From NCBI RefSeq assembly GCF_963853765.1, contig NC_088857.1, positions 49,414,001-49,478,000 of the forward strand: 64,000 nucleotides of DNA, in the 5' to 3' direction. A program made the position numbers and the translations under genes. The notes under the pieces were generated by a model. The model made no database searches. It was not told the DNA's origin and saw nothing but the letters and a program-made list of their open reading frames with translations. The DNA comes from Magallana gigas. Lineage: Eukaryota. Positions within the stretch are counted from its first letter, which is position 1, and every line of letters starts with the position of its first letter. Positions 1-15,000 of the stretch are shown piece by piece.

Positions 1-3000
1 AGGCCGAGTCCCGGATGAGGCAGGGGAAGGGGTCCGAACCACCACAGCCCCCCTGGGAGAATCATCCACAAGGTAAAACCACACTCCCAACACTCTACGC
101 ACTTTGTTCATGTAGTGTATGTCATTGCACCATTCAATTTACATCAATAACATTTTAAAACTTTGCTGAAATACTTGTTGTGCCTCATTATCATTAGCAG
201 GAGGGACTTACCCATTTTTAGATTTATTGATAATTACTAACAAGTAGAATTTATAAAGAATGTGTTTGAGAGAATTTAATAACAGCAGTCATGGGGAAAT
301 AATGGGTAACTACCTCCACATCTTGACTATACATGTTAAGAACATACAATATAGCCCAAAATACTGGGAGTAATTCATGATTACTGATCGTGATTGAAAT
401 AAATAATGGACCGCATTACATGTAAAGATATGGTGAAGGGGGCTGGCGTGTTGCAATGTATGTTCACTAATTAATAAAAAACATGTATTTAAAGCTTTCA
501 AACTAACTATTTACTGAAAAGGGTAAGGGTAGTTCATTGCTGCAGAGATCTGATCAACATTTGTCTGGCATCTCTGTATATTGCTCTGTCTGACTTCTTT
601 ATGGAATATGGAGGTTGTTATTTGTGAAATAGATGTGGAAGCAACCAAGTATAAAGAAGTCTGGAATTGGTTAATGCCATGACTATCGGGTCAGAAAAAG
701 GACACAATAATGAAAATGGGGTTGTTCAGTTAGTTTACCCACACATAATTTTAAGTACATAATAACACAATACAAATAATTTGAATATTTGCATAAAAAC
801 AATATTCATTTGAAATTTTTTTCATTTTGTATTCCATTGAATTATTAAGCTACTGGTTCATGTACTAGTACATGTAATAATATTTTGGGCATTGAAATGT
901 TGACGTCTTGTATAACCTGGCTATTCAGTATTGTTTGCTGGTAATGTCACATGTTCTTTGTTTATTGTTGTACTGTGGAGGGATAAAACTGTTACCTACA
1001 CAACTAAGTGATACATGAATTCAGGGATTTTCAATTAACTTAGAAGAGATTTCTAATTTTTAAATATGAAAAAAGAAATTGATTTGGAAAATGGGCAAAT
1101 GTTTTAAGAATCTCATCACCTTTTGGAAAAGCTTCACAGAATAATAAACTTATATGTTCAATGTTAAAACAATGTTTGAAATATATAAATACTGGTGGAT
1201 AAAGTCACAAGACATTTAAATTACCATGTTTCAAATGACAAAATTTGTAAAAGTCAGTGTGTACTTTGGTTTCATCAATATTCATTGAATACCAATTTCA
1301 TGGATTTGGTTGTTGAGTTGATCCGTAAAATTTAATTTCATTGAAGTGCAATTTCTAATACTAGTAACAAATAGTAATGATAAGATAATTTTCCATGGAT
1401 ATATGTATCATTGAAACTGATTTTCATTCAATCCACAAAAATTGATGCCCAGGAATAATGATAACCACAGTATTTAGAACTTATTCACTGCAATAACATT
1501 TTGTACATCAAACCATCTAATATAGGCATTCTTAATCTAGCGATCATAAAAAAGTATCCCACTGTACCAGATAATGATAGAAGTACTGTAAGGCATCAAT
1601 GTTAATCACTAATCCAACTGATGTATGTGTGCTGTTTGCTTTTCCACCCTGATGTCTTCATTGCACTGCTCTCTACTACAGCTTTTACTTCTGAGGAGAT
1701 GACCCGATTCCCTGTGTCGAGAGGGGCGTGGCCGCCGGCTCCACCCCGAGTGCCAGGTCCCAGACAAATCCCCCACCCCACGGGTAGGTTCTCCATCAGT
1801 AGTCTGAGGGGTTTACTGCTGGAAGATTTGTGCATGAACCATAGATTGACAACGTTTAGTCTTTTCATCAATACAGATTTTTTGTTTTCTCTGTATGATC
1901 ATTTTCTAGGATTTAGAAACCATGAAAATTATTTTTTGTCATTTAGTGCATGAAGACTCATGTAGAAAATCAATTTTGTTATCTGATTGTTATATATGAC
2001 AGTCTATTTGTAACAAAAAGGAAGAAAAAAACATCTGATTTCTTCCACCCATTTCACATTATCATAAGCTTTTTATGGATGTGTCACAAATCAAAGCACT
2101 TCTATGTTCAAGCACTGCTATTATGCATTCTCTGTTTTGCCATTAAATTGTTTGTTTCCTGTAAAATTGTTTAATTGTGAAAATCTAACCAAGGAATTGT
2201 TCTCTCTCTTCTGCACAGACTAACTTCTTGTACACAACCCTGTAGAATTGTGTGATCATTAGAGTTCATACTTTTATTTTTGTACTTTAGGATCAGATAT
2301 CTAACGTATTCTGTTGAATGAGAACTCCGTTTATGTTTAACAAAAATTAATGCATTTTTACTATGAATTGGTAATTTTAATAAACTTATTAATAAGTGTC
2401 TAAACTGAAATATGATAAAACATTCATTAAAAAAAAATTCAAAACTGTTATCTATTATTTGTTACATGATCTGTTATCTTTCGTTTGTAACATGACGAAT
2501 GATCTATTTTCTTATATAATCAGTTATTGTTTGAAAGTACATCTATATCTCCTGTCTTATTCAGACATGGAGAACTTTGGTATGCGTCCTCCATACAGTG
2601 AGGGGGTACACCCTGGACAGATGAGGCAGCCCCGCCCCCACGGCCCTATGATGCCAGAAATGTACTCCCCCAAACACTCTCCACAGATGTCCCCAGGACA
2701 GCTCCCAAGTCTCAGGCCAGGCCAGGTAAACCTATCATTCAGTCCTAATCTGTAGCCATGAAGTGAAAAACCTAATTGATTCAAAGATTCGCTCTCCTTA
2801 TTTGATATAAATTTTGAGAAGTGCCCTTATAATTTTTGTGAAACATGACATTAAATAATTCCTGTGTCAAATAAGTATTGTGAGGAAGAGATGGCAAATT
2901 GGCCCATATACAAGACAGTGGGATATCATTACAATCTGTATTTAATTTTGACAGAATCCATTAGCTGGCCATGATCCTAGATCTCAGTTCCCCAACATGA

Positions 3001-6000
3001 TGGAGCACCGCTTCCCTGTCCCTGGCCAACAGGTGCCCCCCAATCAGCAGCAGGTGCCCAACATTTCGGGCCAACCCCAGACTTACAAGTCCTACCCCCC
3101 AGAGACTGGGGAACAGAGTAGGATCAACCCAGGGGCCATGGGGGAGCAGAGGAAGATGAGTGACCATGATCAGAGAGAGGAGGAGAAATCAGTGGAGACC
3201 AAGGAAGAGAAGAAAGAACTGGTGGAAGACAAACAGATGAATGAAGCTGACATTGAGGAGCTTCTAAGTACATAAATATTCCCCAATCAATAGTATCCTA
3301 GTATCTATGAGATGATTTTTTCCTTTGAAAACAAAGATATGATTTTTAAAGAAATGTATGGCATTTAGTTCTTTAAGTGTTCTCAAGATTTTCATTTTCT
3401 TTCCCCATAGGTTCTGATGGAACATTTGACATCATCAAGTTTGTGGACACAGATACTGAACTGAATCTGGATGAGAACAAGAGTATATTTGATGACCTTG
3501 ATGATGTTGAAAGTGGTTCTATGGATAAGGGAGACTCCAAAGAAGACATGAAGATGACGAAAGAGAAGATGGACTCAGATCTGGATTCATCCAAATCAGG
3601 AGGAGGAATTCCTGACTTCCAGTCCAAGTTTTTGGAGTTCAGTCAGAAGAAGAATGAGGAAAGAAAGATTGGTGCCGAGGGCAGTGGCCAGATGAGTGAA
3701 ATGGATAAGAAGGACCAGCAGAGCATCAGTCAGATCGCTGCACTGCTACAGCAGCAGAGCTCAGAGCACATGCCTCCTACCCTGGAGAGGAGGGATTCAG
3801 TCAAGTCTGATAGCTCTCTGCCCGGGAAGGAGCAGCTGCCCAGAACGCCTGGTTCTGGACCTTTGACTCCATCAGGAAAACAGCCAGGGGTGGATCAGGG
3901 ATTCCCAGGAATGGGATCCAGAGGGCCATACTCAGCAGGAATGCACTCCCCTCTCCATCAAATGCAGAGTATCCCCACCCAACCCTCACCAGGTTCCACC
4001 TACCCCCCAGGGCAAGGACCCCCTACCCCTGGCTTACCATCACCCAAGATCATGCCTTCCCCCAGGAGCAACATACCATCCCCAAGGACTCCAAGTGTTC
4101 AGTCGCCCTTCAATCCCATGAACAGTCAGCAGTCTCCATTCCCGCAGACCCAGTCTCCCTTCTCCCCAACTGTCTCTTCTGCCCCACAGTCACCATACGC
4201 TGCCAACAAACCACAGCCATCCTTCTCACTTCCTGTCGGCAGCACTAATCAGCCGGGATACTCCACAGTGGAAAGTGGAGTACCCGTTCAAAGCCCAGGT
4301 CAAAGGTCACCCAGAGGAACCATCACTCCTACAAATCAATACATGCAGGGAACCTACGGTCAGCCCATGATGCAAGGACCCCCTAGAGCTACAACACTGA
4401 CTCCTACACCAACAAGTATACTATACGGAGGACAGTCTGGTATGGCACAGCATGGAATGAGGAATCCTGTACCTGCCTCTATGAATGGAAGTCGACCACC
4501 TTTCTCAGGAGCATCTGCCCATCCGATGGGCCACAGCATGGAGACGGCCACCTCACAGATGCACTCGATGGATCCGTCTGCTGTTCCACACATGGCTACC
4601 TCTCAGTCCTCCCACACGCCGGGAGACATGCAGGGTCATCCCCCCTCCAGCCAGAGCACCGCTACTATGCCACCATATGGAATGCCCGGTCAAAGGATGC
4701 CAGGAATAAGGCCTCCAATGGGAATCCCCACCTCCTCAGTTCCATCCTCTGCCCCCGGGGCTCCGGGAGGGGGTCGGCCCCAGCTTCTACAGGACCAACC
4801 TCTGTTGATACAAGATCTGTTAGAACAGGTAAGGAAATCCATGGTTTACTTACTATTATATCACTGCCACTAACTGCACATTAAACATTCTGTATCATTC
4901 TGCACCATATACATAATCATAATTGTCATCTTGTCAAGTACTACTTTGAGAAAGCATTATCATATTTTAGTATGAAGATGGTAGCAGGAAGATTAAGCTG
5001 ACACAAGTATGTTTTGTATAGGACATTGAAAAAAAAGTTAATTCACTCAAAAATTAATGTTCATAAATGTAGTAGTTAAATGACTATTGGAAGAACAACA
5101 CTTGGTCTAATTTGTATTTACTAACAAGTCCAAACTACTTGTGTTTGCTTACTTATAGGAGAAACAGGAGCAACAGAGACAAGCCCAGCAACAAGCCATG
5201 GGCATGATGCAGCGCCCACCCCCCGAGGCAATGATGGGACAGCCACCGAGACCAGGGATGCCCATGGGCCAGTATAGACCTCGCATGGAGGGGATGAGGT
5301 GTGTATTTTATCAGACATTGAATTTAATTCTTATTACTATGCTTCTAAATATGCATGAGATTGTATTGGTGTATAACAATTGTCCTAGGCACCCTGTGGA
5401 TCCTAACTGGAATGTCCAGCGACCGTATGGACAGCCGGAGATTCCCCCAGGACAGCCTCAGTTTGTGAGGATGCCGGGACAGCAGATGCCTCCAAGGATG
5501 CCTGGACCTTATGTTGGTCAGCCACCGGGGGTTGTTGGCCCCATGGGGATACCCACTCCCCCACCCCCTCCTCCCCAGCCCCCTATGACAGGTCAGTATT
5601 CATTTCAGTCCTTCAGCTGGACTAGGTATCCTACATCAGTTATTTATATTTTGAGCATCATTTTACACATGTGTAAATGAGGTATGCTGTGTTATGCACT
5701 AAACTGTTTTGATGACTCTGAAAATCCTTTTTGACAATCCCATTTGATATCAGGGGAGTTAACTCCTGAGCTGGAGAGACAACAGCAGCAGTATGAGGAC
5801 TGGCTGATGAAGCATGGCAACTATCTGGAGATGCAGGTCAAGACCCTGGAACAACAGATCGGCAAGTGCAAGCGCACCAAGAAAGCCATCAATGCAAGGA
5901 ATAGGCAGGTGAGAGTCGGCTTTCTTTTCCTATGAATAAAAGTGGAAGGTATAAACATTAAGATATAGGTAATATTTATGTATGAAATTCTCTGCACATA

Positions 6001-9000
6001 GTATTGTACATGTGTTGTACGTGGCACAAAACATGTTCTATTGTTATCATAAAAATTATTATTTTTAAATGAAACGATATACATGTACATATGACTGGAT
6101 CAATTTACTAATTTTTGTAAGAGTGAAACTTGCTCATATATTTGTTGTTGTTAGCTTCACTGAAATTGCTTCTTGAATTATGTCAGGCAAAGAAAACGGG
6201 TAGAGAGCCATCAGCAAACGATGCGACAGAGCTGGAGAGAGTGACACAGGAGCAGGCTGGTCTCCAGAAACAGCTGGAAAGCTACCGCAAACAGGTCAAG
6301 CAGCACCAGATGCAGACCCAGGACTACCGCACCAAGAAACGGGTAAGACAGACTGGGAAATTTACTGTCACTCTGTTAGCATCTCAGGTACCGGTATATA
6401 TTAGATGTATGTGTAAGCAGTGACTGATTAGAGGAGGGTGTTAAGAAAGCATAACAATTGGATTGAGCATAGATGTTTTTACAATTACTCAGAGAGCACC
6501 TGAAGCTAAATGTGTATTAGATATATTTGTTAGCTGCAAATGATTTAGAAAAAGGTGTTATGACAGCTTAATGATAAGATTGAGCTATTCCACTTCCTAT
6601 ACCGGTAAATTAATGTAAAGTCGAGTCTGTGACAAGTTAGGCCTACTTTCAGGAGCGCTATGGACAGGATTGGGCCTTCAGCCAGATGCCCCCAGTAACA
6701 GGCCCTGCCATTATGAATGTTCCGCCTGGGGGGTTACAACCCCGAATCCCCGGTCAGCAGGGCTCGGCGAGACTGACTGCCTCGGCCAGACAAGCTTATG
6801 ATGAGTACATGCAGGACAGGTTAAGGCAGAACCAGCAGATCCCCGGGGCAGTGGGTGGGCCGCGTCCCAAACACACAGTGGTAGAAGTAAGTGACTGGTT
6901 ATAGATATGACCCAGGTTATGTGGTTCTTAACATTCATGGAGAAATTCTGTCAAGGAAAAAAGTCTCAAAACAAGAATTGAAGTTTAGATAAATGTAAGC
7001 CATGCAGATTTTACTGATTTGGATATGTCATCCGAAATATCATTTTGACAGAATTTTTCCCTGAAAAAAAAAAATGAAGTGATTTACCAAGAATGATATA
7101 AAAAAAATATGTTTGTTTTGCTAAGCATTAATTTGTATCACTTAATATTGCACCATTCGTGATGGCAGTCAAAGTGAAAATTGTAAAGAGATCATTCTGT
7201 AGTTCTTAACCTTTTAACATGTTTTTGATGCTGTGAAAGCAAGCTGCTTTGAGGAATGACTGCAAAATGTTTTCATGCATTTACCAAGTGAGAAAATCAT
7301 AAAATCACTGAATGTGGCAGCTTTGTATTAACCACTGAGGATGGATGTGGTATATGTAGCATTTTTTTAATGGTCTAACCAATACTACTTATGATCCAAA
7401 TAGTAGATAATTCATGTCCCTACAATTCAGGATAACAAGACTAAAGTGGCAGGGCCCAAAGCCATACTACAGGTGAGATAGTCACATTTTCTCTGTATCA
7501 GGCCTTAGCATGACACACAAAACAAAACGCTTCAGCTAACAATCTGCTGAATCCAGACAGATCCAAATAACCCGCCCACTACACTGTTACTAGGGTAGCC
7601 CTGACTTGTCTCCGTTTCTTTGTTGTTTTTATGTCATGTTGTTCTCGTAACATTTGGGGTCGCTATGGAGTCAATCCTGTTGTCCCCGTAATTTTTTTTC
7701 TCTCGTTCGTGTTTTATGTACTACATATTTACGGCCATTCAGGCAGCTTCTGCCATGACCTAAGATATTAAGAGATTGTTTTCTTTTGCATAGTTCTTTC
7801 AAATGAAAATGCAGTACTTAATTAATTAATGCTTTTTGTGTTGTAAGTAAATGATAACCTAACTGAACTTGAGTAATATTTTATTTAAACACAATGCTTA
7901 ATGTCTGATGGCCAGAACAGAATGCCTACATTTAATCAGTTATCAGTTAAAGACTAAAGTTCAACCAAGGTTTAGTTGTGTACCATTTTTGGAAATGTGC
8001 ACTTCTTGGCTACTGCAATTTAACATCTCTAATAAAATGGAAATGAGCGAGGGGGTATGTTTTATTGCAGTATTCTAATCCTGGGTAACAATAGTTTGAT
8101 TAACATCACACCTGCCTCAAATGTTAAAAATTAACAGGCATGACAATTCATAGTTATAGGACGGTATGACTAGACAAAGTGTATCTATGTGTTGTGAAGA
8201 CTTGCTTTGGTAAGGAGAATTCAATGAAAGTTGTTGAATTTCATTGCTAGTGGCTATCATTTGGTACAGAAGCATGTACATAAAACACAAGATTAAGTTA
8301 CATTGTATGTTGATTGTTTGTTTTATTCAAGTAAGTATTAATGGGGGCTAAAAAAATTTATCTTGCCCTGTATCCCTTTACTCGGTGAATATCTGGGCTA
8401 ATTTTGATTTATATATCAAGAGAGAGAGACAGAGAGGAGAGATTTGCTTTTTTGTTTACCGCTCAATCCAATGCACAGAGTAAGTTTGCTTTCTCTAACA
8501 CTCGTAAACTGCAATATCTCAAACTAAATTATTGTGTGTTTACTAAAATCTTCAGTCTTTGGCATATTTTCTTTTAATCATAAGAATTATAAATACATTT
8601 TGTATAATTAGTCTTAGCTTGGAAAAAAGTCCAAACTTCTAGAAAGATTAACATCCAGCTAGTTGGACATATAAAGCAAGTTATTAATATATATGTGTTT
8701 AAAAAGCTCATCATAAGAAAGGAAGCTGTGAAAAAAAAAGATGTCATTTTATTGCACTGTCCAAAGTTTAGTTAGTTCGAGTACTCGGTGATGTTCATTT
8801 AGTCTGAGTAAGAAAAACTTCCATTAGATCACAAATTTTGTTCTGATATATCATGTTATAGTTGTAAGTGTTGCATCAATGTACCCTTATTTTTTGTATA
8901 TACATGTATATATGGCATTTATATATATTTTGGCAGTTATATTTATTTCTCTTTCATTGCCATTTGTTAACTAACAGCCTATGTACTGGGCTGTGTTTGT

Positions 9001-12000
9001 ACACCTGGTTGGTGATAAATTCATTATTAGTTCAATGTGAAACTCATTTTGTAAAAGAGAAAAAACCCATTCATTTTGTTTAAGACAGGCAGGGTTCATC
9101 ACACATGGGCCAATCAAAATTGAGGATGCTGGAAAATTATGGGGTTTTTGGGGGGAGGGGGGATGTGATGATAGAAAATTACAATACATGTCATTTTTAA
9201 GTCTGCTCATACCTTAAAAATCAAGTTGGGAAGTTATAGTGATCTTTAATTTGGACATCATTTTCCATGTCTCTATCACAGTCATGATTAATCATTGGAT
9301 CTTTGCAAAGAGATATTGGAAATGATTCCTATCAACTAGGGGACTGGAAAAAGTAAATTGAATGTTCTAACCTTGTTTCAGGATAACAACCCATTCAGTG
9401 AAGAATACCAGGAAAGAGAGCAAAGAGAAAGAGTTGGCTGCCTGCCAAAGCCTGGGCCTGAACCTGGTATGCATCTCCTTATTCATTAAGCAATTGGTTG
9501 TAATAATTCTTCTTTCTGCTAAACCTTTGCAGACATGCAGTGTTTGGAACTGGGATCTGATAAATGCAGATTTAATATTATTCTACATAAAATCGCAAGA
9601 CTATTAACATGAAATCATATTTATAAGATTCATTATTGTATGAAATCTTGAAAATATACTTAAGTTAAGGCTTAGCTCTAGAATGAAAATGTTATGAAAA
9701 CAAGACATAAAAGTACAAGAAATTATTAAAATCTAATTTCTGCAGTGCCCAAAGCAGAAACACTCAGTAAACTTGATTATCTTAATTTTGATACAAAAGT
9801 CCTATGTTTCATGACACAAAGTTTATACGTCTGGTCTTTCATTAGTAGAAAAACCAGAGATGATGAGACAGATGCCACCGTACTTTGACCCCAGAACCAT
9901 GCCCTATGATCAGACAGGAAGGTTCCCGGCCCCTAGGATGCCAGGCCCAGCGGAACCCATGCAGCGGTTTCCAGGTACAAAACCTTAACATTATACATGT
10001 ATCTATCAGTATACGTCCATGATACAACTTGCTGCACTTTTTGCCCCCCCCCCCCTTCCCCCCCCCCCAAAAAAACCAAAAAAACATAAGAAGTTCATAC
10101 TTGGTAAAGGGTTGCCTGTAATCCCAAAGCACCAGTACTATTAGTGGAGATGTGTATACCTCAATTCATATTAAAATTATTGTTCCAATTAGTCGAGTTA
10201 AGTCAGAAAAGATTCTTCATTTTCAATTTCATAAACGAAGATGGTAAGAGTGGATTAAATGGTAAAAAAAAAAAAAAAAAACCAAATTAACTTGAACAGA
10301 GATCTATATCAAGTAACATTTCCCTTTTAATAAGTTGATAGTTAACAAAGCAGGCATACCTGTTTCATGTACATGAACTTGTTCTCACCAGGTCCTGGGC
10401 AACACATGCCTTTTGATCCATCAGCGGCTAGGATGCCTGGCCCCCAGGACTCTACCCCCAGACACCAGTTCCCCCCAAGGATGTACACTCCCATGAACCA
10501 AGGACAAGTGGAGGGGGCACCTGTTGGACCACACCCACAAATGCCCTACCAACCAGGCAAGTATCGGTCCCTGTATAACAAAAGGCAACTATAAGCTATC
10601 TTTGGAATAGTGTTTATTATACGCTTTTTACTGACTGTTTCACATTTCATTGTATTGTTTAGGCATCAAAAAGTAAGTATTGGGGAATTGATATTTCACA
10701 TTTTGTGTATTGTTGCTGTATTTTGATATCTCTTTTACAATTGTTTTATTTACGTTAGTTCCATATTGTTATTATTACCAATGTAACTTTAAAGAGCAAA
10801 GTTCATTTTTTTTTCAGAAATTTTATGAATATTTGAAGTTCATATTGTGTTCACCTGAAAATTTGAATAACTTTTTTTTTCTAAAAGGTCAAATCTTTAA
10901 TTCTTCACTCATATCTTCAAAAATTTATGATTATAGACAAAGGAAAAGTGTATTCCAGATAAGGTGCAAAACACATATGAACCCAGAAAATGCTATTGAT
11001 GCTGCATTTTTTTGTATAATGATTTCATTTCCATCGCAATAATAGTTTAAATGATAGTTGTGAAGGTTTTTCGTAAGAGTATTAGGTTGTTCTCTGATCA
11101 AATAAGTTGGTAATTCAAAGACTGAAATGACTGTATTCATGGACAGGTACAGTTGATGTTATAAGGGCTAAGTTCATGCATTGATCTGTTTGTTATTTCT
11201 GTTACATTTGGTATATATATATATGACAGAACAGAGGAACAGAATAGTTCAAGAATTGATGTCAATAAAGTTTTTGTTATTTTTTGAGCGAGTTCTCCTC
11301 GGTTTTCAGTAAATGTATCTATATGTAAATGTAACGAGGCATATTTATATGGAATATTAGTGTGAGGATGGGTTGTCATCTAAAGCGATACTGGTTATCC
11401 CATATTTTTAATTTAAGTTAACATTAACAATTTTGTAATTAATTAGTTAGGTTAATAAACTCAGGTTAAGATTTTATTATGGACTCTGGGTTTTCCGTTT
11501 TGGTCATCGCTGTGCCATTTGTATTAGTGAAACAGGTTTTTCATTTCAATGGTTGCTTGCATTTGTTTTGATGCAAACTTTTTTTTTCTGTCTGCTAATT
11601 AATGAAATTGAAGATTAATACTAAAGAGAACCAATCTGGATGTTCCAGGTTTTTCGACACCTGCGTCTGACATGGGTACGAACGTGGAATCGGGCGAGAA
11701 AAAGTCAAAGAAACGTAAAAAGAAGAAGAAAGCTGCAGAAAGTAAAGCATTCTCAGTACATTGATTGGCACACTTTTTTGACTGTATTCTTTTATGCTTT
11801 TGTATATAGAGGTTTTTTTCTGTTTTCTTATCCCATTCCCTGCACCTTGCTATATTTTACATTCTTACCTATGTAAAAAGTGCACTTATCAGTCTTGCTC
11901 TTAGTTAATTTTGTGAAAGAAATGCTGTTTGATGTTTGAGGGATAAATAATCTAATAGTATTCTAATGATACTTGAATCATAATAGCAATGAACTTGTAA

Positions 12001-15000
12001 AACATTTCAGAATGGTCTAATTAGCATTTTGATCTTTACAAGGTTTAAGTATTTTTTTATTCTAATCTAAATTTTTACCAACATGGCCTTTAGCATGGTT
12101 TTCAAGATTTATTTATCTTTTTTTTTCAATTTATTCAAATGCTATTTTAGACTTGTAATTATTTAAAGGATGCAGTATTTAGTATTTTGACTGTCTTGCT
12201 ATAGCCTATACAGCAATAATGTTTGTTACAGTTAATTACAGTAAAACTGCATATATAAATACATTATTCAGAAAGGGTATTGCCTATCTGTGTGTATCCC
12301 TGCATATACTCTAGCTTCCTCACATATATAGATACTTCATTTTATCAATGGACTTAATTAACTCTTCATATGCTCTGAATATCTTAATCTTGTTGTACCT
12401 TTCTCTGTGTTTACTAATATAACATCTGTTCTATATTACACAAGCAGATTAAGAATTTTACAAGTAGAGGCACATTCTGTCCTGAGACTGTAGTCTTGAC
12501 CTGTTTCCTTCATATATCATTGCTTAACCTTCTGTCCCACATAAAGAAGCAAAAGAAGGATCAAAAAAGTGTGCCGCTGGGTGTATCTGTGTTGTGCTGT
12601 GTATCGTAGCTCTAACGTTTCTTGGCTTTTTCACAGGAAGATGAGATTCTATCCCTTTGATTATTATTTTTTTACGTTGTTTTTTAACAAGTGCTATGTA
12701 ATGTGTATGTAGTATTAATGAAAATCTGGATTTTGTTGAATTGTATCAACAAGATTGACTTGCATGCTATTAATATAAAAATGATTGGGTTTACATTTTG
12801 AATTCAGGTGTATTATTTGGCATTCCTGTGTTAGCCTGCATTGTGCACTGTTCCCCTTTCTCATTCTGAGAGCTTTAGTTTCTGATTCATCTTTTAGATG
12901 TGTGGTTTGGATTTTTTTCTCTTATTTTATTTCATTGTTGGACATTTTGTTTAATGTTTTTTTTTCTGTTTTTAGTAAATTGCTGATACTAGTGTTGCCA
13001 TGAAAGACAAGAAATTTTATTTAGATGCAAATAGGAGGCCTGAAAAATACAGGGCCTGGATTTATGTACTAACGTGTTCATTATAGATAGAAACAGACTT
13101 CCATTGTTTAATTCTGTTGGTCAAATCTCGAATATTGATGGAGATTTCATTATAGTCATATGTAGTGGCTAAAAACTCAAGTCAACTAGCTTCAATTGCT
13201 TTAACCTGCTGGGCATATAGCAATCACTATTCACTTATCAATTGTCAGTCAGCCATATTAGCCAACAAAAGTGCAGACATCTCTCATATTTTAATATTTA
13301 CTTCCTCCGTGTTCAGGATAATTCCCATTTGATGTCCAGGTCAACTGTTGAGGCTGTCCCTTTCAATTGTGTTTCTTTGTCAGTTGAAAAGTGAATATCA
13401 GAAGAAGTCTTTTCAAGATGTTATATGGAAGTTTTATATACAAAGAGATATTTTTATTTCTCCACTTTAAGTTAGAACTGGTAGTTTGTTAGGTGTTGAG
13501 TTACTGAAAATAATCTTTTGATGCTTGGTCAATAGGATAATGAAATTAGAGGGTGAATAAGAGATCCAAGGTTATAAATGAAGTGTTTAATTTGAGTTTC
13601 AATCTGACTTTATCAGGATTTTCTCTGTGTCCAACTAATTTTGTTTTTGTTATGTTCTATTAATTGATGTGTGGCATGGAAACAAAAAACTCAAAAAGTA
13701 ACATTTTGCAGCATCCTTGAGAAAACTGCATGTTGAGATATTTGGTGTTTAACTATAAGAGGCCCGTATTTTCAGAAGGAAGGTTGTGCCATCCTAAAGC
13801 TGATGCTACATGTATGTGCTGATTGGAACCTATGACTAATGCAAAGATAATGCAATTAAATCTGCATATGATCAATTTAATTAATGTTTCAACTGTTTTC
13901 CTCCAAGTGAATGCACTTTAATTTTACACACTCTTTCTTAACAGCAAAAATTTAAACCTTAAGTTTACATCTCACAGATATCAATTTTATGAATTTTTGA
14001 TGCATAAGTTTTTTGTATTTATATAAAATACAACTATGGGCTGAGTATGAATTCATGAATTGTACAAGAAATGGGGTAGTCAAATATTACGAAGGGATTG
14101 GCAGCCCAGATCAGAGGTTAAGTCTGCTCTCTATGTGCCATTTTGAATAGGTGAAAAATTAGACATATACAATGTAGTATAGTTGTTGTGGAATGATGGT
14201 CAAGCATTTCTGTTGTGTGAATCCTTTAAGAGCATGTCTGGTTCTGCCTATGTCAGTCCAAACATCTGTAGAAGTACATGTAAAGTAGATCAATGGGAAT
14301 GTCTGTATAGATTTACGTGTTTTGTCTGTAAACATTTAATTGAAGTATGTTGCAATAAGTAGATATCAAAATCGAAGTTTTAAAAAAATTGATTTTTTTT
14401 TTTTACCTTAAAATTTTGTTGATGTAAGATGGTATCATTCGTTTTCATGTGAAGATACTCAGATATAGAAATGATCTTGAAACGCTTTGTTTATTTGTGC
14501 TGACTCTGTTTCTGATTTTATTCAGGTCCAGCTGCTACAACGGTAGGCACTGCCGAGCCAAGGCCACCCGTCCAGTTTACTCCTCAGTCTGAGACCGAGA
14601 AACGCATCATGGAAATTCTAAACAATTCAGCGGGACTGGCAGCCCGATCTCAACACGAAGCTGTGGACAAGTCCCCAGGGAAGGCAAAGGCTGGGGACAC
14701 CCAGGGATCCCCTGCCACAGAGCAGAAACCTGAGGGCAGGAAACCAGAGGAGGGTGAGGGCGCTCAGAGGGTGACCTCTGTAAGTGTGCCCGGCCCCAGC
14801 ACTCAGCCCACCTACACCACTGCTGTCTCTCATCCAGCATATCAGAGTGAGAGCAATGACCCTGACGATCAGCAGGAGGAGCACATTCTGCCAATGAATG
14901 TGATGATTCATCAGAGCATTCCTCAGAGTGCAGCTATTGCCTGCTCTGTACCCCCGGTCCAAGTGTCCCAGAGTCAGCAGATGGAGGCAGCTCGGATCCA

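Noticed and set aside
7743-7763. Possible alternative terminal exon of KMT2C/D (AASAMT*)
   Set aside because: Only an AG and a short in-frame run to a stop support it; such sites are common by chance.
12545-12590. Lysine-rich possible extra KMT2C/D exon in the 2.8-kb intron
   Set aside because: No donor restores the phase 1 required by exon 14526.
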